Source of the DNA: Tubulanus polymorphus
Lineage: Eukaryota; Animalia; Nemertea
Assembly: GCF_964204645.1 (NCBI RefSeq)
Contig: NC_134026.1
Coordinates: forward strand, 7,773,950-7,837,949
Direction: 5' to 3'
Length of the DNA: 64,000 bases
Shown here piece after piece: positions 13,315 to 27,080 of the stretch (position 1 is the first letter of the stretch; every line of letters starts with the position of its first letter). The notes under the pieces were generated by a model. It was not told where the DNA came from and did no database searches. It saw only the letters and a program-made list of their open reading frames with translations. The translations under genes and the position numbers were made by a program.

Positions 13315-14970
13315 CCCGAGTTCTAAACGACTGTACAGTAAATAAGGACGTTCAGACACCTATCGAACTGATAAGACGACTGAAATTGCGGGTGTGTCCG
13401 TAAACGTTTGGGTATAATGCCTTTCTTATATGGCTTTATGGGTACTATAAAGAAATGATTCGATTTTGAATTTAAAAAAAACTCTTTATGATCACGGGCA
13501 ATAAATGGAAACTGTCTGAGTGAAGCCCGACGCAGATTCAATCTTTGGACACACACTGTGACAGTTTGTATATACATCAAAACACGATTAACACAACTAC
13601 ATGGTTGGCAAGTAGTTGACTGCGATTGCTTGCGACCTACGCCCGGCTTTAGACAGAAATGATTCAGTGATTCTGTGGAATTCTTACATCTCGCGAGCCT
13701 CATGTCGACTGACTGATTGTACACAGCTTTTGAAATGCAAAAACGTTTCTACCTGAAAGTAAAATTCATGAATTCTCTCAATTCGACTATTTCGATTTCT
13801 AGTTGAGTTCTGCGAGAGTCAGCGTAGCGCAAACGTTTGGGCACAAAGCGATTGAAGATAAAACCTCGAATTCTAGAATTCTTTCTTTCTGGTCTTGTTT
13901 TCGATATTCAGTTCTTTGTCGTCATACGAATGACGGAATGAGGTGTGAACCACTGGGGGTTCAGGGGAGGGAGAGGGGCGTATAGGGAGTGGGGAGGACA
14001 GGCTCAGACTTCATAAGATATCGATGAATATGGAGAGGAAAGCGTCATAGAGTTCTGTAGAAACATCCTCAACATTCGCAGTGTCTCTAATTATCAATAA
14101 TTAATACCAGTAAATTGTGACGATCTGCTGCAAATTACAAGGAAAATTTCACCGTCATCCACTGCCGAACAATAGGCTCCTCACAGCGTGGTGTATCCCT
14201 ACGCCGCACGTTATCAGAACTTATTACATCGTCTGAGCGGATAAAGTCCGCGCGTAGTAATCGTGTATCTGACGAAAAAAGAGCAACGATTGCTTCACAC
14301 CCGCGGAGGAAGACAGGAAAAGCATTGTTCTATTGTGATCGCTGAAAAAAAGAAATTCTGCTCGGTTTCTGCGGCCCCTTGTCTCTTTTCATGAGCGTCA
14401 CATTTTCTACGTATATTCGTGAAAACATTTATGATAAAATTTAGAAATAAATCCATATTCGTCCGAAAAACAACGTTAGAGATTCAAAAATTACTCTTAG
14501 AAAATATAAGTTGATGGATGTTTTATTCCCTCCTCTCGGGGATTCACACCCCCGCCTCCTCCAGCCCGGCACCACCACATACATGATGTTTAACCAGCAA
14601 TTTAATAAATATACATGAGGGAAATCATGGCGTTCCCAGGATTTGAATTATTCTCGATATGAAATTTCGCTAGGTGTTTTACCACTACCAGGCATGGGTG
14701 AGATCATCAAGCAGTGCCCAAAAGATGGACCAGCAAAGCAACCCCTCACCACCGTCCCATTACCACCTCCCCGAGGTTCCATAGCACAGATGGCCGCTAG
14801 AAGGAAAAATCACACCGCGACCTAAAACAGCGTCTGCATCTGCATTCTGTGCTAATCGGATTAATGCGGATTATCAGGGTATCAGGAAGTTATGATAATC
14901 CTCTGAATGGTTTTGCCTATAGGGCTGGCCTACAGTCAGTGACGTATAAACACGGTTTCTATTGCAGTTA

Positions 14971-14997
14971 GCAGCAGCAGCAGCAGCAGCAGCAGCA
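14971..14997. repeat. (GCA)9 microsatellite
   Basis: Read directly. Confidence 0.9.
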
Positions 14998-15567
14998 TCA
15001 AATTCCCCTCTCCCATCAGGAACAAATCGTATATATACATTTAACAAAATGATTAAAAAACATATTTTACACAAGTTCTATGCACCTTGAATTTATTCAT
15101 TGTTATTATCTATTTATTGTTCTTATGTATTTTTTGAATTTAAAATCTGTCGCCACCAGACGACTCCATAGACACCGGATCAGCAGCATCAGCGGTACAC
15201 ACGTGAAGAATTAGAGTATAAAACTGTAGAAATCTATAAACATTAAAAGCCGAAACATTTCGAACGTGTCAAGAGATGCAGCCGTCAGTTACGACAGAGC
15301 CTCCAGGTAGGCCTACGACAGGACCAGACCCCGGTTCTCCCGTGCAGTTTGGATGACGTTGAAAATTACGCGCAAGCACTTCTATACATGATATAAACTA
15401 TTCTAATTAATCTACGCAAGTACGTGACATTAATTGAGTGTTATATATCTTTATTTACGACTCTACTCGTGAAATAAACTTCCGCATTGTTGGCGTAGTG
15501 CGCGTGCGTTCACGAGTAATATAATACGATAGGCTTTATAAGCAGACATAATGACATGCTACCAACT

Positions 15568-15640
15568 GGTCCTGTGGCCCAATGGATAAGGCATCTGACT
15601 ACGAATCAGGGGATTCCAGGTTCGAGTCCTGGCAGGATCG
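15568..15640 (+). tRNA. tRNA-Arg (anticodon ACG, normally edited to ICG)
   Basis: 73-nt cloverleaf: acceptor GGTCCTG/CAGGATC, A-box TGGCCCAATGG, anticodon loop CT-ACG-AA, B-box GGTTCGAGTCC; TTTTT Pol III terminator at 15646-15650; closely resembles metazoan tRNA-Arg-ACG. Confidence 0.96.
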
Positions 15641-18600
15641 AATGATTTTTCTCCTGACTACCGGACTCTCTACAGCGTTTCAATCCTTTTTGCCATTTCT
15701 TTTCTTTCCTAGTGAGCTTGTTCACATTTTTCTTGCACCCGCTATTAAACTATTCCCTGCGCGGTCGTCGCTCTATTTGCCGAGACACTAACCTGATGAC
15801 TACCTCAAACTCTAGACATCTGCACACGCTAAATGCTTCCTACTCGTAAAACCTTTTAGATAATTCAAACCATGACAATACTATCTGGTGGCAGACTCCT
15901 CCTCGCCCGGAGCATCAAACGACCCACTGTCTAATAAATTCACTTTATAAATTATCCGCAAACAACCTCCTTTTGAACCGTTGATTCTTTAGGTATGGCC
16001 AGAATTTCTAGCCCGCGGTAGGAAGAGCCCTCTGGGTGAATAGTAAACCTAGCCTTGTCTGCCTCAACCCTCTAACCTTCACCATCTCTCTCAAAATCTT
16101 TAAGATCCATCAATTTTCTTGTGGAGCATTAACGAACTATTGTCGACGTCGCAAGATCATTTAAATGATAACGATTTAATCATTTTGAAATATGACATCG
16201 GATTGTTCTCGCGTGGGCGCCTTTGGCAATATGGGCACATAGAGCACTCACTCGGGTAGCTCACGTGCCCTCGAGACGTCACCCCAGTTGCGGAAACTTC
16301 ACGGGGGGTTGTTATCTGAGTGATCCGCCGTTCTGGATTTACCTGGTGTCCATACTGGTTCACCCTGCGGTACTCCCTGACTGACTCCGGGCGGTTCATA
16401 TCTAACGGCTATTACTGACTGTATCTATCCCTGAGCAGCACTCACCTGCCAGGGGCTACTGACCTTGCGGCTGTAGCTGTAACGATTTTACCACGTCCCT
16501 GGTAAGCGATGGTGTACCACGGACTCATTTAAGTGATACCGGACACTCATTAGAGTGAGTAATTAGGTTCTTCGTAAAAAATAGTGCGCTAATCAGTAAC
16601 TAATACGCGGTGTGTTATTGCGCTTGACCGATTTGCCGATTTGTAACCGACCGGTAATACCACGTGATTTAAACCATGACAAGTAACAATTAGTCGAAGG
16701 CTTCGTGGTGTTTAACATGAAATCCGGGTCTGATGGCACTCCCCCCTTTTACTGCCCAAGGGTCGTATAATAACGAACCGGGCGCTACTCACTGTAGGTG
16801 TTTGATTTAAATCGATAAAGGCCTATATGAGTTCTTTGCAAGCACCTGTAACAAGACCATCGGTGCTATGATTTAAGACCACTTTGGACTTAAGTCACGA
16901 TTGTTTAATCGGGGTCCCGGGAGAAGACCAGGCACCGTGCGTGAGCCAAAGAAGTTCCCATCACTATAGTACAAGTGAAACACACACATACAAGATCTAT
17001 ACATGGAAGTATAAACTAATTATAATCTAGTTTAAACGTCGATGATATAAGTGAGTAGGGCCTACAGATGTTCAGAGTTTTGAATATAATCTATTGACTC
17101 GTATTGTATTTAGTATTGTTAGGGTAATTAGCAGTTTAAACAGCGCAGCAGAACGAGCAGCCCCCGGAGACAGAAAGCTGCTGCTGATAGCTATAAGCGG
17201 TACCCACACTGCTCCCGGTGCCTGTAGAGATAAGCCTTATGGCGTTATCTTCTAAATTGTCCCGTTAGCAGTTTTAACGTTTAATCACGCGAGATATTAC
17301 GAGGTCACGCGGCATTCAAATATCAACAGTCATTTGTCACGTGATTTCATAATTGACGATTTCTCTTCCCTTCAGAACAACAAGTGGCGTTCGATCTTTG
17401 GTTGGTTTCTAAAATGATTACGCAGTACTTTTCTATTTCCGCGGGGGGGGGGGCATATAGAATAGGTGCGTCTGTGTTGGGGGAAAGATGGAGGATCAAA
17501 GTCCATTCGAAAAAAATGGGTGACAATTAAATCATCTGTCAATGTTTCTTCATAAATTGATGATTGTGATAAAAGAAATGAGAGAAATAGTGAATTCAAA
17601 GAGAATACGAACGTCTAACCAAATGGGATACCAGATGGCGCAACAAAACACTGGGTTACTCGTGGTTCAGTTCATTTTCAATGAAATTTGAATATTATTT
17701 TTAAGCTTCCAAATCCGGAAATTATCAAACGAGTCATCGAATTGATATACGATTTCCTTTCTCTCTCAGTTTATGGTATTTATTTCACTGAAAATTGATT
17801 AACTAATCAGAAAATTTGACTCGAAGTTTATTGAAATGCAGAAAAAATTGAAGCGCTTTAACGCAATGCCACTAGCGATCCTGGCGGATTATCGCTGAAT
17901 CCTCGCTTCCCCCAGTAACCGCCGGTATCCCATAGCAGAGGAATTTTTTCGTTGTGTTTGTGTCTACTCATTCCTAATTAGTAGGATTCTATATTATTGT
18001 GTAGAAGGTTCTTTTTTTGTCTTGAATTCATTTTGTGTGCATCGTGCAATGTACTTCACACACTAGATAATAGGATGGTTATATCAAAGCTGTGGGAAAT
18101 TGGGTGTTGAATGGTTAGTTATAGGTAGCAGAACTCTCAGTCGCATCTAATCCATTGAAGATGAGTGCGTATAGATTGTGTTTTAGATAACAAACCAAAC
18201 AATCCACATCGGCTCGGTATGAAATGATAGAAATTAAATAAACATAATCTTCCTCACAAACTGCACTATATACACGATATAAATATTGACCAAATCAGAT
18301 GACAGTATCAGTTGTAAGAGTTGACGGATTTAATTATGCTTCAACAATAGAATTTATTCTAATCTGGAAACAAGATTCATTCAATACTTACTACGCCGCA
18401 GTTTGCTATTGGCCGTTAATTGAATTATGTTTTCAAAAATCAATTTGGCAAGTGAAAGAGAGAGAGATATAACAAGAAACCATGGAATTTTGTCCTGAAT
18501 TTCAAAATATCTTTGGACAATGACAAATGTCAGAATCGAAAGAGAATAATTGGAAGTTTATCTATTTTTGTATCGAACATAATTCAAATCCGCGTAGTTT

Positions 18601-19785
18601 ATCGTTAACTCTGTGGCTATAAAGGTAAAATTGAGTTCAGTTTACGTTCGATGTTTTAACCTCAAGAGTCAGGTTTTAACCATGAATTGTAACGATGAGA
18701 GACCAGTATCGATGATCTAAACGACTCAACCCTCAACTGACAAAGTTTCTGAATTTCACCAGTCCAGATTCACCAAGCAAGAGACTGAGTCTATGCTGCA
18801 TTTAGCAAACTGTTATTTCATGCAGGACTTCAGAATTGTCCATTCATCGAGTGGCCTCCCTCTCCCATCCACAATGAGGTGGCAGCTAGAAATCACGTAA
18901 CTAGCTTTAAGTTGAAGATTGGTCAGTTGTCAGTAGAGACTGATAACCGAGTTATAGTGGCCCTGGTCCGATGGTGGACAATGATCAATCATCTCACTCT
19001 CGCACTCTTTATGATTTATATCAAAATGCACTCAGATATCATAGAAATAAAACAGTGAATCTATCTGTCTTGGTCAGCTCTGTAAAATCCCTGGACGGCA
19101 TTGGTAATATTCTGTTCTTGTGACGATGTTTTACTGGTCATATTGCATAAACTTATAACACGTCATCTCCTCTCGCAGTGGTCTACACTGTAACACTCCA
19201 CCAGTGCGGTGTCGTCAATTTAACCCTAGGCAATTATAAAACACGTTATAAATATGACCGCTGTGAATTGGTAATATTTCTGGCGACCTCCGGCTCTGAT
19301 ACGCGGTATTTCCACTGCGAGTGGTGAGTAGGTCTCAGATGGTATGTGTAAGAGTTCACCGCGGGGTATAACGCACTATCAGTGGTCTCTGATGGGCTAT
19401 TGGTTATAGTTAACTCGAGGGCTCAGCCCGTTATCGGTCCTGGATGAATATTAAATATCATGTTTTTTATCAGGCATCAAAGAAACAAAAGGACGACGCC
19501 ATTAAGAGCCTCCGTACTAATTTCACACATGATAAGTTCCCAAGAGTCCTGCTCTGGTAAGCGAGGTTCTCGCCTTCCTTTGAAGTTAAATCTTAAGTAG
19601 GATTTTTGAATTTGATCGATATTCAATTATATCGTAACAGCGTGGTTCTCATACCACAGGGCAATATACCCATACAGCGGGGAGAGTGAGTGCCTCGAAC
19701 CTAGGACCACCCGGCATAGACTTATGCCAAGTGCCCGAGACCGGTACTCATGGGTACCTGAGTACGGGTCCATGTGACAGCGCCC

Positions 19786-20137
19786 TCGCTCTATTGTGAC
19801 ATGTGATCTCTCCTCATACCCCTCAGTCCTCACTCTATTGTGACACGTGATCCCCCTCATACCCCTCAGTCCTCACTCTATTGTGACACGTGATCTCTCC
19901 CCCATACCCCTCAGTCCTCACTCCATTGTGACACGTGATCTCTTCTTCATACCCCTCAGTCCTCACTCTATTGTGACACGTGATCTCCCCTCATACCCCT
20001 CAGTCCTCACTCTATTGTGACACGTGATCTTCCCCTCATACCTCTCAGTCCTCGCTCTATTGTGACACGTGATTTTCCCCTCATACCTCTCAGTCCTCGC
20101 TCTATTGTGACACGTGATCTCCCCCTCACACCCCTCA
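19786..20137. repeat. 43-45-bp minisatellite, 8 copies, nearly every unit with a CACGTG E-box
   Basis: Unit CTCACTCTATTGTGACACGTGATCTCCCCTCATACCCCTCAGTC repeated head-to-tail without unique spacers. Confidence 0.95.
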
Positions 20138-20654
20138 CTGGATCTCTTGTAAAAATAACTAATTTCAGTTTTATCTTCGTCAAATCTTCAATAATTGATT
20201 CATATTTTCAGAAGATCAAATCGAAATCCAGTAAACTGAACAGTCGCTCAGTCGCAGACGAATTAATTGTTTTCGTGCACCACATGTGACCAACGTGAAA
20301 GTATGACTTATTTTCGATTTGAAGATTATTCTTTTTTCCGAAACAATGGCCACCACTAGCGCGGTGGTTTGTGGGTGTGATATAATCGATAAAACGAACC
20401 TCCGTTTGGTCGGCGCTTGTATCTCATTAAATACCGATATTTCTTGCTAATGAAATGATTCGAGCCGATATGAGAGAGTGATTGTTCTACTCAGTGCTTT
20501 CTTTCAACCGTAAATTAATCAAAAGAATTTGTAGCTGCTGCTGCTGGTGGTGCACCTTTATCAGTTCCTATGATCTGTGAAGATTCACAGGATGCGAGCT
20601 TTCATCTTTAAGTCAAAATATTATATTTTTAAATTATATACCGCGTGACAGGAA

Positions 20655-20975
20655 AGAGAAGAGAGGACCGGACCGAGGGTAATGAGGAGAGAGAAAATAG
20701 AGAGTAAGAGGAGAGAAAGAAAAGAGGGGAGGGGAGAATGTTAGAGAGTGAGAACGAGGAAAGTGAAGAGAGGATAAGACCAGCTGGCGGAGATGATAAG
20801 TGGGGAAATTGTAAGATGAAAGAGGGAAGAGACGAGAGATTAGAGAGGGAGCGATCGGGAGAGGGAGGAGAGAAGAAAGAATACGAGAAAGAGGGGAGAA
20901 AAGAAGCGGGGAGAGAGGAAATAGGAGAGGGAGAGAGTGGGGAGTGGAGAGAGGAGAGAGGAGAAAGAGAAAAGG
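20655..20975. repeat. GA-rich low-complexity tract (similar tracts at 2490-2575 and 6585-6645)
   Basis: Purine-rich AG/GGAG runs; the ORF 20738-21007 is a by-product. Confidence 0.8.
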
Positions 20976-23078
20976 GCCGAACTCAGCGTAATGAAACTAA
21001 TCTCTAGAACCTCAATTTTAGACCTTCACAAGGCCTTTGAAAGTTTCATAGCTTTAAGATACAATCACACAAAAACTCGAAAACAAATTATGTATATATT
21101 TCAAATATTCTACTGAGAAATTGAATTTGCTGTTCAAACAGTTTTATTGGTAAAAAGACGTTGGAATCAGGAGCTGCGCGCGCAGACAGTGAGTATCATT
21201 GTGAAGCCCTGGCACGCGGGGATGATAAATCGTCCGCTATCTTCACGCAAACTGCTCATCATTCATGATTGTAGAATATTTCAACAGTTGTTGTTTTTAA
21301 TTTATGATCGGAAGAAAAACCACGACGACACAACATCACTTTATCAGAGACGTTTTATGGCTATGAAAACTGTTCTACGGCGCATTCTGACAATACGTTT
21401 ATAAATCGTCCGTTGCTTCCTAATCACTGATAACAAAACGACTTTCATAAATAATCACAAAACGGGCCAGAGCGGGAAGTGTTTCCGATTAGACGCGTGA
21501 AAAATTACGGCGATTAAAACTTGACAATAGGCAATAGTTGTGCGTGTAAAACCACTGCTGAATCTATCTAACATTTATCAGCTCATCATGATACAAACTC
21601 ATTAACAACTTTAGATGTTGGCAAAAACCGCTCAGGATTTATCGTGGAAAATTGTCAGAGAATATTTCACTTCGATACGAAAAGTGATCGGCGCGGGACG
21701 TCATCTTGTATATATCATACAGTGATGCTTGGTATTCGCGGGAAGGATGCCTCCCTTTTAAAACCTGATTTGACCTAGGAACGGGTAATAATATGAACCA
21801 TTTCAAACAATCAAATTGGTCGGAGAAGATAAATACCCCTAGAATGTCAAATTAACACTTTTTTCATATACATACCAAAGTTACTGACTTCGCAAGTAAC
21901 ATGTACGCACACAGACGATGAGTGATTATAGTTTTTAGCTGATTAGCCCCCAGGGGTCATCTAAATATAGGGAAGTTCGATAAAATATAATAAAGTTCGA
22001 TAGAATTTAGCATAAATAATTTGTACTATTAACACTTTGTCTTCGATTTCAAAGAAGTTGATCCAACAGAACGCCTGTCAGAATGACCATTACGGCCGGA
22101 ACTGTTACCTAACTTGTCATGTGGGAAGTTGAAATACAAACAAGCCGTGAAAGCATCGCTACTGAATTCAGAACGGCATATTCATACATGAGAAATATAT
22201 CGACACAAATATCTGGAGTTTCAGGGACCTACGAGCATTGAGGTGATTGCTCGTAGAAGGGACAAAGTCAAGATTTCAATTTCATACATAGAAAATTACT
22301 TGATTTTCGGGGAATGACCCAACTATGTCTGGTTGGTTGCAGGGTCCAGGCTGAGGCTCCAGGGAAGTTCTACAATAGGAGCCCGTAAGTGGGTTTTGTG
22401 CGGTATGCAAATTCGAGGCGGTTTTTGCTTTAAATAAAATATAGTTTTTTTTCCGACATGAACTCAGTTGATTATCACAGAACGATCAGCAGCGGCCAGT
22501 GGTTGCATTCGAGAGGTTCATCACGAGTCACCGGGAGAACACCTTGATTTATTATCACATGTCAAAAAAACACATCAAAGAAAACTATGTCCCTAAAAGC
22601 CCTTAATTTTATTATGGCCGAAAATAATAGAGTTATTTGATTATGATATCAGAGATAGTGACAGTAGAGTTCGCACACACAAATTAAAGGCTTCAATGAT
22701 AATATAATCACTATACTCAGTTGCCAGGGTTCGTCTCTTAATGGATTCAAATCACGGCTAATTGGTTCCAGAAGACTCATCTACTACCTGTGGGCATTAT
22801 GCTACTCGCTTGCCAGGGCTTGGAGAATTCCTCGATTACCTGATCATACCTCCTGCAAGCCTTGATCTTCAGCTGAGTCGAGGTCAAATAATCAACACAA
22901 CTAAATCAAACATTTTTATTTCTTTCTAGGCAGAACAATTCGAAATTTATTTGTTCATCGGATGTACAAGGTTTGATTTCAACGAACACCTACAGATGGC
23001 AGCACTTGCCGGCGTTACAAAACTAAGCCTATGATTTTATCGCGCACCTGGAAAGGGCAGCACCTGCTGGTCTACAGT

Positions 23079-25310
23079 CTATGATTGATAATACTCGATA
23101 TATTCAGGATCTGTTGGTTTCAATATAGTTTTATCTCTAAGATTGATGACCCAACCGGGTTCGAGTCCATCAAATATCTGTCGAGGATCCTTCCGTCTGC
23201 CCATTAATTCATTCGTCTGATCGTCACCAGGCGGCAGCACGTATCCGTATTTTTGCGCTAATTCCAGCCGCGCTTCGCGAATTTTTTCCGGATCGGCGAG
23301 GTATCCACGATTTAGCGGATTGAGGTAGAACGCGGCTACGTCGTACGTCGGTAGTTTACAGCGAGGAATCGGTAATCCTCGTTTGAAGAATCGTTCCGGG
23401 TCGAGTTTCGATACGAGGGACGGTAAATCGTAGAACCTCGTGATTATACTCCCGCCGCATCGCTCTATCGCTGCTATAGAAACCTCGCTCGCCCATTGGA
23501 CTTCTATATTGATCTTAGCTGAAAATATATCAGCTCCCTAAAAAAAAAAAAAACACAAATCAGAAATTAATTTCGAGACAACATCTTCGAATCTTCCCAA
23601 AATAACTCGATTCCGTCTAAGGATAACATACGAAAAGTGAGTGCAATAGCCCACAAGAACGAACGTAAGTACAGAAACAGGCAAAACTTCTAAATACTTC
23701 TTAGCTGTACGGGAGCGTCCTGGGGACATGAGAAAATTTTTTTTATCTGAATTATGAATTAATCAGGTATTCTTTGATGGGATATAAATCGATTTAGTAA
23801 TTAAAATGATTTTTTTACCAATTTACCAACAAGAAACATCTGGTCAAAAAATCTAAATCTTTTTCATTAATTCATAAATACATTTCGAAGCATGAAACTC
23901 TGCCGTCCTGGGGCCACTTTTTCGAATAAAATAACTTATTTTGATTTTCGAATTAACCCTGTCAGTGCGTCTACACCGTAGTGCGGTGTACAAATCGGTG
24001 ATGGGTTTTACTAGTACACCGCAATGCGATGTATTGATGATATCAGTAATTATCACTTGAAAGATGGTAGCACCTGTCAAACATAGTGAAATACTAGTAA
24101 CTTACGATACACCGCACCGCGGTGTAGACACATTATAGTGGTATTCCTGTTATTCAATACACTAAGGTGGAATTTTTGTAAATTATCAAATTATCTCCAG
24201 CACGATAGGGTATTGATTAGTCAGCACTGAAAGGGTTAAGAAACAGAAATATGTACCATTTTCAAACAAAGAAAATGAGATATACATTTGATTTATCAAT
24301 TTCGAAATGAAGATGTAACTTTTCTTTTTCTGTAGAACATTTACCTCGTCGGTAAGATTGAAGCCGTAATGTCGTTTATGAGGATCCATTTGTTCCATCA
24401 GTTTAGTATTAACTATATGAGTGAGGTCAATCGGTGCGCCGGTATCCAGATGACCTAAATCAATCATTCTCTGTAGGGTCAATAATGACAGTGGGGGATA
24501 TTCCTTACGCAAACTAGAAAAAAACCAAAATCATTAAAATTACGTCATCAAGAGATTGTTTGATTTTAGCTCACGATCAGCGCATACAGCTCCACAGTTC
24601 TGGATCTAATTCTACAATTCAAGATCCGGTTTCACGGTTTCAAAATCGAGAACTGTGGAACCGGGTGCTGATCTGTGGAACTGGATTTTCAAGGATACTG
24701 GGTCAAATCTGTGATTATGGACCCCCAGCTATCGTCACGAGCCCCCCTGATCCCTTTAGGGCTAGCTCACTGTCAGATGAGGGGAGGTGAGAGCGGTCAC
24801 ACTTACTGATGTCCCTGATGGATTTTAGAGGGACACCTATATATGGGTAGCTCACTCTGTCAGATGAGAGGAGGTGAGAGAGGTGACACTTACTGATGTC
24901 CCTGATAATACGGTTCTTTCGGCACTTTCAGATAAAACGGAGTTTGACCTCCTTCATACCCGATACGGGGTAGCGTACCATGCTGACCTTGGCCTTTATG
25001 GCCAAGACCTAGTGTTTTTCCTCCATGAACACCTCTGCGCCTCCTCTATAATATAAATAAATACAAAATTAGAGAAAAGTTCCAAATGAACCGTACGATG
25101 CTGCCGTGTAGCGGGAAATGTTGAAACTAACACGGTAAATTTCGAGGATTTTCAGCCGTTTTAAATGCGTTATATTCAAAGTCACAAACACAGATGACAC
25201 TACGAAACACTTACAGTGGCTTTCTTACGATACGGGAGTTTAGAGATGTTATTTAAGGCGATACGCGGGTATTGACGGATTAATTGCAACGCTTTCTCTA
25301 TGGAAGACAT
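23079..25310 (-). CDS. MRPL15: Mitochondrial ribosomal protein L15 (uL15m); exons 25310-25215, 25045-24894, 24513-24345, 23537-23079
   Basis: Spliced translation [109 protein letters not shown] matches metazoan MRPL15; all introns GT-AG with consistent phases. Confidence 0.95.
23963..24131. mobile_element. Palindromic MITE-like insertion in MRPL15 intron 3
   Basis: GTCTACACCGTAGTGCGGTGTA ... TACACCGCACCGCGGTGTAGAC inverted ends. Confidence 0.55.
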
Positions 25311-25600
25311 GCTGCTGTTTCCCACCACCAGGTTACGCCACTGTACGGTCTGAGTGTGAGTTCGAATCCTGAATTAACTTGAAAAATAGAAACGTTTTAT
25401 CAAATATATAATCATAGATGTCCATCAAATGAATAAAGGATCACATTTTGACCAGAATTCGATTATATTTCACAACTAACAGGCACTGTCAGGGTACTGA
25501 AGTTGTGAAATTGTATATGCGCACGCGCAGCTAAGGATTGTGAACGAGTATCAGCTATCAGTCTCTGGTAGTTGTGAATGAGTATATAAAATGGCGGATG
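25311..25600. promoter_or_regulatory. Bidirectional promoter MRPL15/RBM8A with NRF1-type and YY1-type motifs
   Basis: Start codons 280 bp apart head-to-head; TGCGCACGCGCA (NRF1/ewg consensus YGCGCAYGCGCR) at 25518-25529; AAAATGGCGG (YY1-type) overlapping the RBM8A ATG. Confidence 0.7.
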
Positions 25601-27080
25601 TATTAGATTTACACGAGGGAGCTGACGATGAATTCGAGGTCGATGAAGACGGAGATCAAGGTCTATTGCGTCTTAAAGAGAAAGTTAAGAAGAGAAAAGG
25701 TCGAGGATTCGGGTCTGAAGCGGAGGGAGTGATTAAAACCAAGAATGAGGAGTATGAAGGTACTGAATTAATCGCGTCATCCACCCCCGGCGAACAACAA
25801 AGAATAATTCAAATTTATTAAAAACAACCGAATTTATTGATGATTATATGCAGATTTATCATTTATATTTATTATGTTTAATTATTTCCAATGAAAAGAG
25901 GGAGCTGTCAAACTCTGATGATAATTTGTCACATAACTGAAGTTGTCTTTTACCTTTGAGTCTCAATTTTTGGTTTAAATATTTGTAATTTAGCACTGTT
26001 TCCATTCCATTTAGCAAGTCAAAAAAGACATTTCCATGTAGCCTGCAGCCACTGTAGCTTCACCCCAAATTATCAACTACCAACCCCTGTGGTCATTTCA
26101 GCAGAGATAAATCATAGTCCCAGCCATCTCACTCAATCAGTTGCACTGTTTTGTGCTTATGTCATTTTTAATTATATTAATTTCGGTAGGAAATTAATGA
26201 TCGACTTTGTGCCTATAAGAATGAATAAGAGCTTTAGAAGTAGCATGGATTATTGAAAGTAGACCTACAAGCTACTCTGGACAGAGTGGCAACTTAAGTC
26301 AAAAATTCTTAGATTCTAGGACTGGTCTTAGAATGATGGTCTTAGATTGGTCTTCTAAGGGATCATTCATTTATTACGACGCATAAAATTACGCATAGAA
26401 TTTTTCAAACCCCCCCTCCTCTGTACACAAAATCGAACATTTTTTCATACATTAAGCATTACATTACACAATTGCACTGACCCTTCCTTCTCCCCTAATG
26501 CGTACGTAATAAAATGAATGACCACTAATCTAAATCTAAGCCTTGGCTGTGCAACTGAGCTATAACATGAAACATCAGGGGCAGATCTAGAATTTCTTCA
26601 GAGCGGAAAAATTCGCAACTACACGTCAGCACGTAGAAAATCTAGTAGTGACTTGTAACCTTGTAGTGACTTGTAACCTCTTGTGTATTATTGCGTTGTG
26701 TTGTAGGTATGGATATGGACGAGAGTCACAGTGGACCCGGACCTCAGAGATCTATAGAAGGATGGATTCTGTTTATAACCGGGGTGCACGAAGAGGCTCA
26801 AGAAGACGACATCTTCGATAAATTCTCTGAATTCGGAGAAATTAAGAACATTCATTTGAACTTGGATCGTAGGACCGGTTTCCTGAAGGGTTACACCCTC
26901 GTCGAGTACGAGACGTTCAAAGAAGCCCAAGCCGCCCTAGACGCCCTGAACGGAGCCGATATACTCGGGCAGAATATCAGCGTCGATTGGGCGTTTGTTC
27001 GAGGCCCGACCGGGAAGAAGAGCCGGCGCAGACGTAGGGACCGCGACAGGAGCCGTAGTCCGGATCATCACAGACGCTAA
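25591..27080 (+). CDS. RBM8A: RNA-binding protein 8A (Y14/tsunagi), exon-junction-complex core; exons 25591-25759 and 26707-27080
   Basis: [23 protein letters not shown] + [66 protein letters not shown]; phase-1 intron GAAG|GT...TAG|GT. Confidence 0.97.
26359..26525. mobile_element. Harbinger/Tourist-like MITE in the RBM8A intron
   Basis: TAA on both sides; imperfect TIRs GGGATCATTCATTTATTACG / CGTAATAAAATGAATGACCAC. Confidence 0.6.

Noticed and set aside
13323-13724. 133-aa minus-strand ORF behind a plausible acceptor near 13753
   Set aside because: No recognisable domain or partner exons; cannot be supported as coding
15582-15791. 69-aa ORF
   Set aside because: Begins inside the tRNA-Arg gene; spurious
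16157-16399. 80-aa ORF with CxxCxxC
   Set aside because: No family recognised and no splice or promoter support
19786-20137. CRISPR-like regular repeat
   Set aside because: Units are contiguous with no unique spacers, no cas genes, eukaryotic context: a minisatellite
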